DNA of 63,957 bases, counting the filler, from Octopus bimaculoides (Eukaryota), in assembly GCF_001194135.2 (NCBI RefSeq). It is 3 parts of 3 records of this genome, joined end to end, with 100 filler letters (N's around TTAATTAATTAA, not from the genome) between each part and the next. Parts side by side here need not be neighbours in the genome. Positions count along the whole stretch, not along the records: positions 1 to 20,062 come from NC_069008.1; positions 20,163 to 38,830 come from NC_069007.1; 1 more part is not named here. One strand, given 5' to 3'. This document shows positions 15,456-25,899 of the stretch, one piece after another (positions within the stretch are counted from its first letter, which is position 1; the number at the start of each line of letters is the position of its first letter). Position numbers and translations under genes: made by a program. The notes under the pieces are model-generated. The model searched no databases. It was not told the origin of the DNA and worked only from the letters and a program-made list of their open reading frames with translations.

Positions 15456-16339
15456 ACTATTTGATTTTCCTGAGCGTCAAACTAATACACTTGCTTGTTG
15501 TTCATACATCTTTNNNNNNNNNNNNNNNNNNNNNNNNNNNNNNNNNNNNNNNNNNNNNNNNNNNNNNNNNNNNNNNNNNNNNNNNNNNNNNNNNNNNNNN
15601 NNNNNNNNNNNNNNNNNNNNNNNNNNNNNNNNNNNNNNNNNNNNNNNNNNNNNNNNNNNNNNNNNNNNNNNNNNNNNNNNNNNNNNNNNNNNNNNNNNNN
15701 NNNNNNNNNNNNNNNNNNNNNNNNNNNNNNNNNNNNNNNNNNNNNNNNNNNNNNNNNNNNNNNNNNNNNNNNNNNNNNNNNNNNNNNNNNNNNNNNNNNN
15801 NNNNNNNNNNNNNNNNNNNNNNNNNNNNNNNNNNNNNNNNNNNNNNNNNNNNNNNNNNNNNNNNNNNNNNNNNNNNNNNNNNNNNNNNNNNNNNNNNNNN
15901 NNNNNNNNNNNNNNNNNNNNNNNNNNNNNNNNNNNNNNNNNNNNNNNNNNNNNNNNNNNNNNNNNNNNNNNNNNNNNNNNNNNNNNNNNNNNNNNNNNNN
16001 NNNNNNNNNNNNNNNNNNNNNNNNNNNNNNNNNNNNNNNNNNNNNNNNNNNNNNNNNNNNNNNNNNNNNNNNNNNNNNNNNNNNNNNNNNNNNNNNNNNN
16101 NNNNNNNNNNNNNNNNNNNNNNNNNNNNNNNNNNNNNNNNNNNNNNNNNNNNNNNNNNNNNNNNNNNNNNNNNNNNNNNNNNNNNNNNNNNNNAGGATCA
16201 TCCTGTAAAGTTGGAGGGAGTCAGGATAATGTATCTGCATCAACTTGCTATAAAAGCAGGTAGTAATTTTACCTTGTCCTTATTCTTAGTGCAAGTTTTG
16301 AAGAGTACAGTTCGATTTTAACAATTATCTTTTCAAAGC

Positions 16340-17370
16340 TGTAATGGAAGTGACAAAAGAACATATTCAGCAAAGGCAACAACGCAAAGAAAAGTGCAAG
16401 GAATATTAATGCAGGATATAAGCATAAGCCAGTGTCAACGGTGGTTCCAGAAGTTCCAAGCCAGACACTGCAGCCTAGAAGATAAGCCTCGTCCTGAAAG
16501 ATCTGTAGAGCTCAATGAGGACATCCTGCAAACCCTGCTGGAACAAAATTCCATCATAACTATTGATGGAACTAACAGAAAAACTTGGATTTGGTCATTC
16601 AACCATTCATTGACACCTTTGTGCCATCCTAAAAGTCAGGAAATTGGATCTATGGGTTCCTCACAAAGTTTCTGAGTCTAATTGCACCACAGAGAGTGAA
16701 TGTGTGCTCTTCTTTGCTGTCCCATCTCATGAATTAACCTTTTTTTTGGGACCGAATAGTAAATGGTGACGAGAAATGGGTTCTCTATAAAAATGTCAAG
16801 CACCGAAGACAGTGGGTAAAGAAAGGAGAAACACTGGCACCTCAGGCTATGTAAGGTGTTCTCTGTTTGGTGGGATATGAAATGTTTAGTCCACTTTGAA
16901 CTTTTAAGCTCAAACCAAATGATAAAGGAGATCTACTGCAAGCAGCTTGAGTGACTTAAATCAGTGCTAGAAGAAGAATGACCATCTTTGGTTTCAAGAT
17001 GAAAAGTGTTCTTCCATCAGGATAATGCTTGGCTACATACAGCAAGGATGACATTCCAAAGGCTGGAGTAGTTTGAATGGGAAACGATGCCCCACCCACC
17101 ATATTTGCTGGACATTGCCCCATCTAATTATCATTTATTCTGCAGTCTTCAAAATCATTTAGACAAAAAAAAAAATTAATTCTGGGGGAGTATTTTTCAT
17201 CATAGACAAGTGAATTTTGGAAGAGGAGCCTTGCAAGTTTACCAGATAGATGGAAGATCATTGTAGAAAATGAAGGAGAGTATATTTTAAATTAAAAAAG
17301 AACTTTGTTTTGATTTTGAAAAAGAAAAGAAATATAAAAAACCTGCATTATTTATGGGATGACCCAATAC
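16340..17370 (+). mobile_element. Decayed Tc1/mariner transposon (transposase pseudogene, right TIR near 17345-17370)
   Basis: CQRWFQKF..LEDKPRPERSVE, WVPH, DRIVNGDEKWVLYKN, FHQDNA, HPPY..DIAPSNYHLF with many stops; the left TIR is probably in the gap. Confidence 0.9.
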
Positions 17371-17955
17371 ATACACACAATAAAAATCAATAAAAAACAT
17401 AGAAGTGGATTCTGCCATCTGTACTGTTAATTTCAAAAAGTAGGTTTCTTAAAGATAATGACCCACAAATAAATTAATTTAAAGATGATAGGTGATTTCA
17501 TAACCACACAAACATATGTGTATAAAAAGCAAAACCAAAATACTTGAAAAGAGACCAACACAAACCATTGAATATTTTCTACAAAATAGATTAAATCTAT
17601 ACGTCACCATCTACCCCATTCTCTCTGTTTCAAGTAGTATTTTAATTACAATAAAGTGTATCTCTGCCATCAATTAATTAAAAAAATAGAGTCAGACAGA
17701 TAGACATACAGAAAAGTAAACAGATAGAGACACAATAAAAACCACTTATTGTGATTAGTTTTGTAAGAAACCCTTTCAAAAGCAGTAACTGGCTGATAAC
17801 ATTAAGCAAGTAGAGTATGCAACCCATTAATTTTGATAAGAATAATTGGTTGATAACATCTGTATGTGTGTGCGTATTTATATGTATAGAATATTTTATA
17901 GGTAATAAACAGTATTTCATCAATTTCTAGCTTTCTACTTTCATTTATAAATATA

Positions 17956-18600
17956 CTAGCAGCAATACATGTCATTGATTGGGCAATTACTTTTACTGTT
18001 TCTCGGGCCAAGAAGCTAAGAATAGCTTTATGGAATCCAGTTGATTGTGATGGCACTGAAAAGGCTGCAGATCAAGTGGAACATTACTGTTCATATAGAA
18101 AAGCATTGCATTTAGTGCGTTTGTTTGGTGTTTATTTTTTGACGGTCTTTTTTTAGACATATTTTAATTAGGAATATCACTAAGTAATAGTGGAATGAAA
18201 TTACAAATGCTGTGTCCTGTCAATGTTAGTGCTGAAATTACAGGAATGGAAGGCAAGGCAACAGTAATAGTGCAATGAAATTACAAATGATGTGTCCTGT
18301 ATGTATGTGAGAAAAACATAACTGAAGTAGAAAAAACCGGTTTTCATATATGAATTTCTGTTTGTTCTTCAAGTTGCAATCCAGCAATTTTTAGTGTTTG
18401 GCCCTGACTTTTATTAATGCTCATAGCAAAAGAAAGTGGGATAGGAAATTGGAAGGGTTTAAATTTGAATGGGACATTAGATGGTATAACTGGTGTGCGA
18501 GGAACGAAGACAGTGTCGCGTTTACCACAACCAGTGAGAATATTTGCCCCAATGCATAGATTTGTGCACAATTAGTGTTGCCTCCCTTGAACCATTTACT
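17956..18600 (-). mobile_element. Helitron fragment (PIF1-like helicase C-terminus) with CTAG|T 3' end
   Basis: PFKFKPFQFPIPLSFAMSINKSQGQTLKIAGLQLEE; minus strand ends ...gctgCTAG|tatat at 17956. Confidence 0.8.
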
Positions 18601-18744
18601 TTCACTTTATNNNNNNNNNNNNNNNNNNNNNNNNNNNNNNNNNNNNNNNNNNNNNNNNNNNNNNNNNNNNNNNNNNNNNNNNNNNNNNNNNNNNNNNNNN
18701 NNNNNNNNNNACTGCGCAAGACCACCACAGTCAACAGACATGGG

Positions 18745-19638
18745 ATGGCCTCCCCTAACATCTGCACAGGGATCACGCCAATATTTTTACTAAATATTGG
18801 GGGCCTGTTGCATTATAATAATAAAAGCAAAATTTTTTTCCTGAGAGACCTTGCTGCATGCAATCAAGCCCTATGCATAGCACTCTTGGAAACTCACCTC
18901 AGCCCTGATATAGAGGATGCAGAAGTACAAGTACCAAAATATGTCATACTGCGAACAGACAGAAGGGAAAGGAGCCATGGTGGAGTTGCTGTATACATCC
19001 GTGACGACCTCACACCCCAGGTCTTACTGTCATACTCAAATTCGGTATGCGACACCCAAATTGTATACATAAGACAACATAATATAGTCATATGCAATAA
19101 TTTAATGCACACAAATGATGGCATTAGTCATTCAGATATTAGTATAGGTAATATGTTCAATATTGGGAATCATAAAAATATCTGTAACATTAGTAAGATT
19201 AGCAATAAGATTAGCATCTCGGAATTAAATCCTAATAGAATTAGGTTTTTAAGTGCGAATGCAAGGACCAAAAATGTAGTGTACCAATGCAAGGTAACAT
19301 CTTTCGCTGATGTCTCATATTACGTAGGTAGCTCATCGACACAGATATCCAAGAGAATCTTGAATCATTATTCGTCATTTAGGGATAGAAATAAAGCTAG
19401 CACTACCGGCCTAAGTAAATTTATTTGGGAACTGAAGGATTGCAATAAGCAATCCTCTTTGGAATGGTCCATACTGGCCACCTCAGTTCCCTATGACAAG
19501 GGTAGGGATTTCTGCCCTCTTTGTAACTTGGAGCTTTTTTATATCCTGTTCTCCAAGAATCGCCTAGTTAACCAAATAACTCAGAGGGCGTACCGCTGTC
19601 AGCACATCAAGAAACATACCTTCTTTTATTACCGTTAG
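18745..19638 (+). CDS. TE-derived chimeric ORF (297 aa): N-terminal half of an APE endonuclease fused in frame to a Penelope-type GIY-YIG endonuclease
   Basis: No stops. LLNIGGL..IALLETHL..RTDR..HGGVAVYI (APE) up to ~19096, then VVYQCKV..YYVGSS..KRILNH..LSKFIWELK..CPLCNLE..VN..CQH (GIY-YIG). Confidence 0.6.
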   Translation: MASPNICTGITPIFLLNIGGLLHYNNKSKIFFLRDLAACNQALCIALLETHLSPDIEDAEVQVPKYVILRTDRRERSHGGVAVYIRDDLTPQVLLSYSNSVCDTQIVYIRQHNIVICNNLMHTNDGISHSDISIGNMFNIGNHKNICNISKISNKISISELNPNRIRFLSANARTKNVVYQCKVTSFADVSYYVGSSSTQISKRILNHYSSFRDRNKASTTGLSKFIWELKDCNKQSSLEWSILATSVPYDKGRDFCPLCNLELFYILFSKNRLVNQITQRAYRCQHIKKHTFFYYR

Positions 19639-20106
19639 CTCCATCATTCCTACTAGGTTAGGTTTTAAGCATTATTATTATTATTGTTATTATTATTATT
19701 TTTTTTTTATTATTACCCCCTTTTTTTTTAACTAAATGTCCTCTGAATAATATCTACTTCTATATCCACCATAACTTGCCTTTCCCCTTCTATAGTTCAT
19801 TAATATTTTCCTTCCCAGTAATTACTGCTTGGGCTACTTTGTACCACTAGCTGCTTTGCCTTATATCTGACCTTCCCCTTATTAGCATGTATATTGTTAT
19901 TATTATTTCTCAACAAAACACCCTGTACTTCGTTTTTACATTGATTAGCGCAAACATAAGTATATTGATATATCACAGGGTAATGAATGGTGTTTCATTT
20001 ATCATGTTTATGTTCTTCGCTTCAAATCAGTATGTTATTAATCTTAATATTTTTATAATCTTNNNNNNNNNNNNNNNNNNNNNNNNNNNNNNNNNNNNNN
20101 NNNNNN

Positions 20107-20118
20107 TTAATTAATTAA
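20107..20118. other. Artificial six-frame-stop linker TTAATTAATTAA inside a scaffold gap (again at 38875-38886)
   Basis: Identical 12-mer isolated between N runs in two ~100-nt gaps; true distances across these gaps are unknown. Confidence 0.9.
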
Positions 20119-20162
20119 NNNNNNNNNNNNNNNNNNNNNNNNNNNNNNNNNNNNNNNNNNNN

Positions 20163-20472
20163 CATGTAGGGGCTTTTCTTGCCATCGTTTTATCATGGTC
20201 CGTTGCTGTTCTAGTTTTAGTTTGGATTTCATTTGTTTTATAGCTTTTGTTGTTTCTACTTCTTCTTCGTATTTGTTAGGTAGTATGATTTCTTGTTTGT
20301 ATTTGTCAGCTTCCTTAAATACTGAAAACAGTTTTTTGTTTTGCTTGTGTTTTGTGGCTATTTGTATTAGTTTTCCTTGCTTCTGGAGTAGGTATTTTTG
20401 CAGTCCTATGGTGGTTATTTTATAATGGTTTTCCAGCTGTATAAGACCCCTACCACCTTCTGTACGTTGTAT
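20163..20472 (-). mobile_element. R4/Dong-like LINE fragment immediately upstream of WFS1 coding exon 1
   Basis: RTEGGRGLIQLENHYKITTIGLQKYL...WQEKPLH. Confidence 0.8.
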
Positions 20473-20520
20473 ATTATTATTATCATTATTATTATTATTA
20501 TTATTATTAAAATTCCAGAG

Positions 20521-20737
20521 ATGGAGTCGTCCCTCGATCCAGAGGTTTTGAAGAGAGCAGAAGATGGATCGGAAGAGGACCAACTTATCGTGGGTAAACA
20601 TTTCTTGGTATTGGCTCAGTCTGGGGTCAATGAAGAGAAAAACGGCGTTGAGGCTGTAAAATGGCTCATCATGGCATCGAAACAAGGCAATGAACCTGCA
20701 ACAGAACTTCTCTGTCACTGCAAGGATACACAAATGG
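20521..20737 (+). CDS. WFS1: Wolframin, coding exon 1 (MESSLDPEVLKRAEDG...KDTQM-G, phase 1 end)
   Basis: Translation matches the wolframin N-terminal helical region (VGKHFLVLA..AVKWLIMASKQG vs human VGKHYLQLA..AVDWLVLAAKQG, from memory). Acceptor ttccag at 20513-20518 just before the ATG; donor G|GTAAGA at 20738. The true start or 5' exon may lie upstream. Confidence 0.9.
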
Positions 20738-22850
20738 GTAAGAAACCAGTCACCTTTTTTAAAACCATTTTTGTTGTTGTTGTTGATCCCCAGATGAACC
20801 TTCATTGAGTAGATCCATGATGAAAGTCAATACGGCCATGACCATCTCGTCTTATTGTATAACAAACTATGGTGTTAAGTGCAGCGTTTCTTTATGACTT
20901 CCAGGTTTTCAATATCGTTACCAATAATGTTATGACGACGTTGGGGGTGTGCACAAGGGTGTAGGAATAGTATTACCTTAATAAATATTTGGATATGGTT
21001 ATCTAGAATAACCAAATTAATAAGTTCACGCAGAACGTGCTGCGTAATATGCCAGACGTACGTACGATATTAAAGTAACTCAGTAATCCGATACGAACGA
21101 CTCTTTATTTGATTGAAATGCACGAGTCCACTTTTGGTCACTTGGGGGTGGTCAGGATCCTTCCACAACACTTTGGGGGTGGACAGTCTTGTGGATTTCT
21201 ACCAAGTCAGCTGCTAAACGTTAAAACTTATTTAAATAAAAAGTGGCGATTTCTGTTAGGTTGTATTAAATTTCACTTAAATCCTAGTTTTTATTAATTA
21301 AAAATTTTTTAATTAAAAATTTAAAGAAAATAACAAAGCGTTTTAAAATCTGAATCCGAAATGCAATTATGATTGAAATTAAGAAAAAAATTGTAGCCAC
21401 CCAGAGTTCTTTCCCTTTGACTAAAATTTTTTCTTATTTTCATTTCTATTTCTGTAAGCCCAGAAGTGAGATCTAAGTGAGATGGTCTCGGTTGGAATGC
21501 CTCTTATCAAAGGTCTGCTCCACTAATCTTTGTCCTGGGGTTAAACAATAACAGTAACATCGATACATTATCACGAGCAGTTCAGGGTACTTCTGCGTAG
21601 TAGTCGTTCGTCTTGCTAGAAATAACAGTCAAATCTCTCACAACCACATTCACAAGCGTTTAAAAAGAAAGACTGCGCGCGCTTCCTTACAGTTTTCGGT
21701 TAATGTTGACATTATTACCCGGAAACGAAATCGAAAAAAGAAAATAGTGCAACAGGTGTAAAAAAAAATGTGTAGGAAACGAATCTGAAAACAAAAATGC
21801 CCAGAAGGCAACGAGGAGGGGAGGATTTCGGAAAATTTACAAAATCCGAGTTTTCCCCTCATAACTTTAAGGAAAATATAATCCTTTTGAAATCACAAAT
21901 TAGGTTTTTCNNNNNNNNNNNNNNNNNNNNNNNNNNNNNNNNNNNNNNNNNNNNNNNNNNNNNNNNNNNNNNNNNNNNNNNNNNNNNNNNNNNNNNNNNN
22001 NNNNNNNNNNNNNNNNNNNNNNNNNNNNNNNNNNNNNNNNNNNNNNNNNNNNNNNNNNNNNNNNNNNNNNNNNNNNNNNNNNNNNNNNNNNNNNNNNNNN
22101 NNNNNNNNNNNNNNNNNNNNNNNNNNNNNNNNNNNNNNNNNNNNNNNNNNNNNNNNNNNNNNNNNNNNNNNNNNNNNNNNNNNNNNNNNNNNNNNNNNNN
22201 NNNNNNNNNNNNNNNNNNNNNNNNNNNNNNNNNNNNNNNNNNNNNNNNNNNNNNNNNNNNNNNNNNNNNNNNNNNNNNNNNNNNNNNNNNNNNNNNNNNN
22301 NNNNNNNNNNNNNNNNNNNNNNNNNNNNNNNNNNNNNNNNNNNNNNNNNNNNNNNNNNNNNNNNNNNNNNNNNNNNNNNNNNNNNNNNNNNNNNNNNNNN
22401 NNNNNNNNNNNNNNNNNNNNNNNNNNNNNNNNNNNNNNNNNNNNNNNNNNNNNNNNNNNNNNNNNNNNNNNNNNNNNNNNNNNNNNNNNNNNNNNNNNNN
22501 NNNNNNNNNNNNNNNNNNNNNNNNNNNNNNNNNNNNNNNNNNNNNNNNNNNNNNNNNNNNNNNNNNNNNNNNNNNNNNNNNNNNNNNNNNNNNNNNNNNN
22601 NNNNNNNNNNNNNNNNNNNNNNNNNNNNNNNNNNNNNNNNNNNNNNNNNNNNNNNNNNNNNNNNNNNNNNNNNNNNNNNNNNNNNNNNNNNNNNNNNNNN
22701 NNNNNNNNNNNNNNNNNNNNNNNNNNNNNNNNNNNNNNNNNNNNNNNNNNNNNNNNNNNNNNNNNNNNNNNNNNNNNNNNNNNNNNNNNNNNNTGGGTAT
22801 TTGAGTATATTTAAGAATTTAAGGATTGGAGAAAACGCATGTTATAATTG

Positions 22851-22949
22851 CATACTTTATTCCTACATATGTTTCAAAGGATTACAACCTGTGTGATCCA
22901 TAGGGATCTTTGATATTAAAATTGTAACCTTCTCATCAGGGAAAGCATG
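22851..22949 (-). ncRNA. Type I hammerhead ribozyme, intact core
   Basis: Minus strand: CATGCTTTCC-CTGATGA-GAAGGTTACAAT..GTTGTAATCCTTT-GAAA-CATATGT-A-GGAATAAAGTATG. All core nucleotides present; helices I and II pair; helix III is the palindrome ACATATGT; GUA cleavage triplet. Confidence 0.85.
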
Positions 22950-23515
22950 GGAATCACCTTAAACGTAAGACATTATGACAGATTATGAAAACAATAGATG
23001 GATAAGGTTATGACTTGATTCATTTGAAAAAGACCATTAATAATAATAATAATAATAAAGGAGTTACGATGCAAAAACGTATATATTCAAATGAACATAT
23101 TTATCTTCTTCAATATATATTTCAGTATAAAGAATTCATTGAGACTTAATAAATCAAAATTCCTATACAGGAAAAAATAAATATAACAACAGAAAACCAC
23201 ACTATATATGTGTGTTTGTGTGTCTGCAAATTTTATTGAACTTTTCTTTGTAGTGTTTTTGTCGTCATGAGTGTTGGTGGTTGTCGCAGCAAAATTGGTG
23301 TCACTACTTTTTATTATCACTGTGACACATAGTCCCCAGTTGGTAACATTGATTTCAAGGCTTTCTCAGATGAGAGACTGGCATTCCACTTAATGTCTAT
23401 GTTCCATGCTGGCATGGATTGGAGAGTTATTAATGTAGAAATATGGTATCGTAGCTACTAACAGTTGAGGGTTGCGTAGTCTAGACGGCGTTTTTAGATT
23501 TCATTATTATCTTTA

Positions 23516-23544
23516 ACCCGGGCAAAGCCAGGTATTTCTGCTAG
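23516..23544 (+). mobile_element. Helitron-type 3' terminus (GC hairpin + CTAG|T)
   Basis: acccgggc-aaa-gccaggt hairpin followed 7 nt later by CTAG|tata. Confidence 0.55.
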
Positions 23545-23580
23545 TATATATATATATATACACATACATATATACATATA

Positions 23581-23745
23581 TACGACGGGTTTCTTTCAGT
23601 TTCCGTCTACCAAATCCACTCACAAGGCTTTGGTCGGCCCGAGGCTATAGTAGAAGACACTTGCCCAAGGTGCCACGCAGTGGGACTGAACCCGGAACCA
23701 TGTGGTTCGTAAGCAAGCTACTTACCACACAGCCACTCCTGCGCC
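23581..23745 (-). mobile_element. tRNA-derived SINE family A (resembles octopus OK-type SINE); best-preserved copy
   Basis: Minus strand GGCGCAGGAG-TGGCTGTGTGG (A box)..GGTTCAGTCCC (B box)..GGAAACTGAAAGAA tail. Other copies at about 800-960(-), 26954-27114(-), 39814-39906(+), 50456-50620(-), 61314-61476(-), 63784-63943(+). Confidence 0.85.
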
Positions 23746-24339
23746 TAATAATAATTATTATTTAATTCTATTTTGTTTTTGTATCTGGTATGCAAGATTC
23801 TTCATGTGGATTCATGTGTTGAAACAAATTTCGTCGTGTCTTGGGAGAGTCATTATGCCAATGTAATTAACACACACTCTATAGTGGATTAAGTCAATAG
23901 CCATTGAAAAGGTCACAAGAAGCAACAAAAGAGCTTTGACAAACAAAGATAAAACAATTGGATATTTAATAAGGGAGTGGAATTGAACCAGTGTGTGTGT
24001 GTGTTAATTATATTGGCATGATGACTCTCCCTAGACACAGTTATTTTTCATTGTTTACTTGTTTCAGTCATTGCACTGTGGCCATGCTGGGGCACTACCT
24101 AGAAGGGTTTAGAACACTTATTGATATGCTATCAAAGTGACACTGGGGTAAAATATACGAAGCCCATTATACCCATCATGACTACCCGTCTGATAAAGGA
24201 TACACCAGGCACATGCATCACAACCATATGTGCACGACATGGTGAACTCATATCAAGATAAACAGTGCATGACCTTGCAGGTGGGGCCCAGTTAGAATTT
24301 TTTCAGGCCTTATTATTATTATTAATATTATCATTATTA

Positions 24340-24930
24340 AGGTGGTGAGCTGGCAGATTCATTAGTGCCCTGGACAAAATGCTTTGTGGTATTTCACTCA
24401 TCGCTACATTCTGAGTTCGAATTCCCTCGAGGTCGACAAATTAAATACCAGTTATGCACTGGAATCAATGTAATCGATTATCCCTACCCCCAACTTTCAG
24501 GCCTTGTGCCTATAGTAGAAAGGATTATTATTAAGGCGGTGAGCTGGCAGAATTGTTAGCATGCCGGGTGAAATGGTTAGTGGTATTTCGTCCCACTTTA
24601 TGTTCTGAGTTCAAGTTCCACCAAGGTTGACTTTGCCTTTCATCCTTTCAGGGACAATGAATTAAGTACCAGTTGCATGGGGGGGGGGGTTGATCTAATC
24701 AACTGGCCCCTTCTCCAAAAATTTCAGTCCTTGTGCATAGGATAGAAAAGAATGCTTAGCAGTATTTCACCCATCGCTATGATCTGAGTTCAAATTCCAC
24801 AAATGTTGACTTTGCCTTTAATTCTTTTGGGGTTGATAAATTAAGTACCAGTTGCGTACTGAGGTCAATGTAATCCACTCATCCCCTCCCCCAAAATTGC
24901 TGCCCTTGTGGCAAAATTTGAAACCACTAT
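24340..24930 (+). mobile_element. Three tandem copies of tRNA-derived SINE family B (OR-type-like)
   Basis: ggtggtgagctggcaga..ttagc..ctgagttcaaattcc..gtcgactttgcctttcatcc. Further copies at about 31108-31310, 37500-37930, 46200-47100, 53640-54590, 58850-58970, 62045-62300. Confidence 0.8.
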
Positions 24931-24932
24931 TA

Positions 24933-24963
<31 letters not shown>

Positions 24964-25036
24964 TTACATGTCAGTTTTGGTACATGGGAACTACTTCAGT
25001 GTGGCAGTTTTAATTGGAGTAGTTTTGAGGTATATA

Positions 25037-25086
<50 letters not shown>

Positions 25087-25899
25087 TAGATAGATAGATA
25101 GATAGATAGGCAGATAGATAGATAGATAGATAGATAGGCAGATAGACAGACACAGAGAGATAGATAGATAGACAGATAGATAGATAGATAGGCAGATAGA
25201 TAGACAGACAGATAGATAGATAGATAGGCAGATAGATAGACAGACAGATAGATAGATAAATAGAATGATAATTAGGCTGATATATGGAACAATAATTTTT
25301 TTTGTTTTTTGTATTTTATAATTATTATAATTTATTAATGTATGATGTGTAGGTAGGATAGATGTGCTAATTCTAAACAACTGCATGTGTTATTGGACCA
25401 AATTAATATTTATAACTGGATGGTAGCTGCACCCTAAAATTACTTATTGGGTCAGTCTGGACTTTTATAATCAATAAATTTATATTTAGTAGTTTGTTGT
25501 CTTATATTTCAGCCATGGATAATATTTGACCAATAAATACAATCCAAATATGCCGCAGTGTGGTAGCTGTCGGTTAGTTCTTTGTCCAATCCTGACTGAC
25601 TAGATCTCTGATCAATGCTTTTGCATTCTAGCTATGACCATCATGTCTTTTTTTTTTTAGGAGTGTGTAGGATTACTTTATTTGATTAGATATTAATTAT
25701 CTATGTAGATAATATTCATCATCCTCCACCTCCTCCTCCTCCTCATCATCCTTATCATTTAATGTCTGTTTTCCATGCTGGCATGGGTTGGACGGTTTGA
25801 CCAGAGATGGCCAGCTGGGGAGCTGCCCAGGCTCCATTTTGTCTGTTTTAGTATGGTTTCTATGGCTGGATGCCCTTCCTAATGCCAACCACTTTATAA

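Noticed and set aside
20107-20118. Identical TTAATTAATTAA islands within gaps (also 38875-38886)
   Set aside because: Artificial six-frame-stop spacer from scaffolding, not biological.
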